NCBI GenBank assembly: GCA_964016885.1
Contig: OZ024744.1
Location: forward strand, 5,270,001-5,334,000
Source of the DNA: Eledone cirrhosa
Lineage: Eukaryota
Reading direction: 5' to 3'
DNA length: 64,000 nt
Made by a program: the position numbers and the translations under genes. The notes under the pieces are model-generated. The model saw only the letters and a list, made by a program, of their open reading frames with translations. It searched no databases and was not told the DNA's origin. Shown piece by piece: positions 61,401 through 64,000 of this stretch. Every line of letters begins with the position of its first letter. The first letter of the stretch is position 1.

Positions 61401-64000
61401 GTCTATCTTGGTAGACAGTGGTGTTGGTAGCAGAGGTCTATCTTGGTAGACAGTGGTGTTGGTAGCAAATATCTATCTTGGTAGACAGTGTTGTTGGTAG
61501 CAGAGTTCTATGTTGGTAGACAGTGGTGTTGGTAGCAGAGGTCTATCTTGGTAGACAGTGAGGGTGGTTGCAGAGGTCTATCTTGGTAGACAGTGGTGTT
61601 GGTAGCAGAGGTCTATCTTGGTAGACAGTGAGGTTGGTATCAGAGGTCTATCTTGGTAGACAGTGAGGTTGGTAACAGAGGTCTATGTTGGTAGACAGTG
61701 GTGTTGGTAGCATAGGTCTATCTTGGTAGACAGTGGTGTTGGTAGCAGAGGTCTATGTTGGTAGACAGTGGTGTTGGTAGTAGAGGTCTATCTTGGTAGA
61801 CAGTGGTGTTGGTAGCAGATGTCTATCTTGGTAGACAGTGGTGTTGGTAGCAGAGGTTAATCTTGGTAGACAGTGGTGTTGGTAGCAGAGGTCTATGTTG
61901 GTAGACAGTGGTGTTGATAGCAGAGGTTAATCTTGGTAGACAGTGGTGTTGGTAGCAGAGGTCTATCTTGGTAGACAGTGGTGTTGGTAGAAGAGGTCTA
62001 TCTTGGTAGACAGTGGTGTTGGTAGCAGAGGTCTATGTTGGTAGACAGTGGTGTTGGTAGCAGAGGTCTATCTTGGTAGACAGTGAGGGTGGTTGCAGAG
62101 GTCTATCTTGGTAGACAGTGGTGTTGCTAGCAAAGGTCTATGTTGGTAGACAGTGAGGTTGGTAGCAGAGGTCTATCTTGGTAGACAGTGAGGGTGGTTG
62201 CAGAGGTCTATCTTGGTAGACAGTGGTGTTGGTAGCAGAGGTCTAGCTTGGTAGACAGTGAGGTTGGTATCAGAGGTCTATCTTGGTAGACAGTGAGGTT
62301 GGTAGCAGAGGTCTATGTTGGTAGACAGTGGTGTTGGTAGCATAGGCCTATCTTGGTAGACAGTGGTGTTGGTAGCAGAGGTCTATGTTGGTAGACAGTG
62401 GTGTTGGTAGTAGAGGTCTATCTTGGTAGACAGTGGTGTTGGTAGCAGATGTCTATCTTGGTAGACAGTGGTGTTGGTAGCAGAGGTCTATCTTGGTAGA
62501 CAGTGGTGTTGGTAGCAGATATCTATCTTGGTAGACAGTGGTGTTGGTAGCAGAGGTCTATGTTGGTAGACAGTGGTGTTGGTAGCAGAGGTCTATCTTG
62601 GTAGTCAGTGGTGTTGGTAGCAGAGGTCTATCTTGGTAGACAGTGGTGTTGGTAGCAGAGGTCTATGTTGGTAGACAGTGAGGTTGGTAGCAGAGGTCTA
62701 TCTTGGTAGACAGTGGTGTTGGTAGCAGAGGTCTATGTTGGTAGACAGTGGTGTTGGTAGCAGAGGTCTATCTTGGTAGATAGTGAGGTTGGTAGTAGAG
62801 GTCTATGTTGGTAGACATTGGTGTTGGTAGCAGAGTTCTATCTTGGTAGACAGTGGTGTTGGTAGCAGAGGTCTATGTTGGTAGACAGTGGTGTTGGTAA
62901 TAGAGGTCTATCTTGGTAGACAGTGGTGTTGGTAGCAGATGTCTATCTTGGTAGACAGTGGTGTTGGTACCAGAGGTCTATCTTGGTAGACAGTGGTGTT
63001 GGTAGGAGAGGTCTATCTTGGTAGACAGTGGTGTTGGTAGCAGAGGTCTATCTTGGTAGACAGTGGTGTTGGTAGGAGAGGTCTATCTTGGTAGACAGTG
63101 GTGTTGGTAGCAGAGGTCTATCTTGGTAGACAGTGGTGTTGGTAGCAGAGGTCTATATTGGTAGACAGTGGTGTTGGTAGCAGATGTCTATCTTGGTAGA
63201 CAGTGGTGTTGGTAGCAGAGGTCTATCTTGGTAGACAGTGGTGGTGGTAGCAGAGGTCTATCTTGTTAGACAGTGTTGTTGGTAGCAGAGGTCTATCTTA
63301 GTAGACAGTGGTGTTGGTAGCAGAGGTCTATCCTGGTAGACAGTGGTGTTGGTAGCAGAGGTCTATCTTGGTAGACAGTAGTGTTGGTAGCAGAGGTCTA
63401 TCTTGGTAGACAGTGGTGTTGGTAGCTGAGGTCTAACTTGGTAGACAGTGGTGTTGGTAGCAGAGGTCTATCTTAGTAGACAGTGGTTTGGTAGCAGAGG
63501 TCTACCTTGGTAGACAGTGGTGTCGGTAGCAGAGCTCTATCCTGGTAGACAGTGGTGTTGGTAGCAGAGGTCTATCTTGGTAGACAGTGAGGTTGGTAGC
63601 AGAGGTCTATGTTGGTAGACAGTGGTGTCGGTAGCAGAGCTCTATCTTGGTAGACAGTGGTGTTGGTAGCAGAAGTCTATCATGGTAGACAGTGAGGTTG
63701 GGAGCAGAGGTCTATGTTGGTAGACAGTGGTGTTGGTAGCAGAGGTCTATCTTGGTAGACAGTGGTGTTGGTAGCAGAGGTTTATCTTGGTAGACAGTGG
63801 TGTTGGTAGCAGAGGTCTATGTTGGTAGACAGTGGTGTTGGTAGCAGAGGTATATCTTGGTAGGCAGTGGTGTTGGTAGCAGAGCTCTATCTTGGTAGAC
63901 AGTGGTGTTGGTAGCAGAGGTCTATCTTGGTAGACAGTGGTGTTGGTAGCAGAGGTCTTTCTTGGTAGACAGTGGTGTTGGTAGCAGAGGTCTATGTTGG
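39555..64000. repeat. Higher-order tandem duplication, period 16,653 bp (476 monomers minus 7 bp); copy 1 ~39555-56207, copy 2 ~56208 to the window end (truncated)
   Basis: Markers offset by 16,653: AGGTCGATCTTGGTAGGC 39568/56221, GATGAGG 40229/56882, GTAGCACAGG 41521/58174, GGTACTG deletion 42014/58667, TGGTGTCGCTAG 44171/60824, GGTTTGG deletion 46835/63488. Confidence 0.92.
42645..48175. repeat. Duplication at 2,799-bp offset (80 monomers minus 1 bp) nested in the 16.65-kb unit; repeated from ~59300 to the window end
   Basis: TAGGCCTATC 42891/45690, TTGTTAG 43811/46610 and 60464/63263, deletions 44036/46835 and 60689/63488. Confidence 0.9.

Larger units (their letters stand above)
1..64000. 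repeat. 35-bp tandem satellite/minisatellite array, ~1,829.5 copies, head-to-tail, running off both window ends
   Basis: AGCAGAGGTCTATCTTGGTAGACAGTGGTGTTGGT recurs every 35 bp (AGCAG at 1, 36, 71, ... 63983). Units mostly carry 0-3 substitutions. There are 33 one-base phase slips and no non-repeat interruption or inversion. Confidence 0.99.

Noticed and set aside
1-64000. CRISPR array (35-bp repeat with an internal palindrome)
   Set aside because: Repeats are directly abutting with no unique spacers, and there is no leader or cas gene.
1-64000. Repetitive protein-coding ORF (e.g. Pro/Thr-rich mucin-like on the minus strand)
   Set aside because: 35 is not a multiple of 3. The plus strand has two TAG per unit and the minus strand one (GATAGAC), cycling through all frames, so consensus frames close within about 35 codons. 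Frameshifting deletions are tolerated.
1-64000. Telomerase-synthesised telomeric repeat
   Set aside because: It is G/T-rich but matches no telomere motif I recognise. Ordered variants copied over many kilobases indicate DNA-level duplication, not repeated copying of a short RNA template.
1-64000. Rolling-circle/MDA concatemer or synthetic artefact
   Set aside because: Nested duplications with different divergence levels and heritable indel markers are not expected from amplifying a single small circle. Local misassembly of individual duplications cannot be excluded.
1-64000. Variant order as an information-bearing code or variable cassette system
   Set aside because: The patterns are adequately explained by point mutation plus block duplication, and there is no associated gene, promoter or recombinase site in the window.

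Overview
The whole 64-kb window is one uninterrupted, single-orientation tandem array (satellite/minisatellite) of a 35-bp monomer, consensus AGCAGAGGTCTATCTTGGTAGACAGTGGTGTTGGT. By my count there are 1,829 full units plus 18 bp, with 33 single-base deletions; this balances exactly, since 1829x35-33 = 63,982. I found no unique sequence, CDS, RNA gene, CRISPR spacer or mobile element. The structure lies in the order of monomer variants, which reveals nested higher-order organisation: (1) a 19+16-bp dimeric monomer; (2) local duplications of 4, 5, 10, 13, 21, 34, 80 and 84 units; (3) an older ~10.4-10.6-kb cycle containing two related sub-blocks; (4) two young, near-identical tandem duplications with periods of 12,138 bp and 16,653 bp. 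An array of this size and type is most typical of eukaryotic satellite DNA (inference); organism and function cannot be determined from this window. I cannot support a novel gene-encoded system here. All offsets were counted by eye from marker variants, and block boundaries are approximate to about one monomer.
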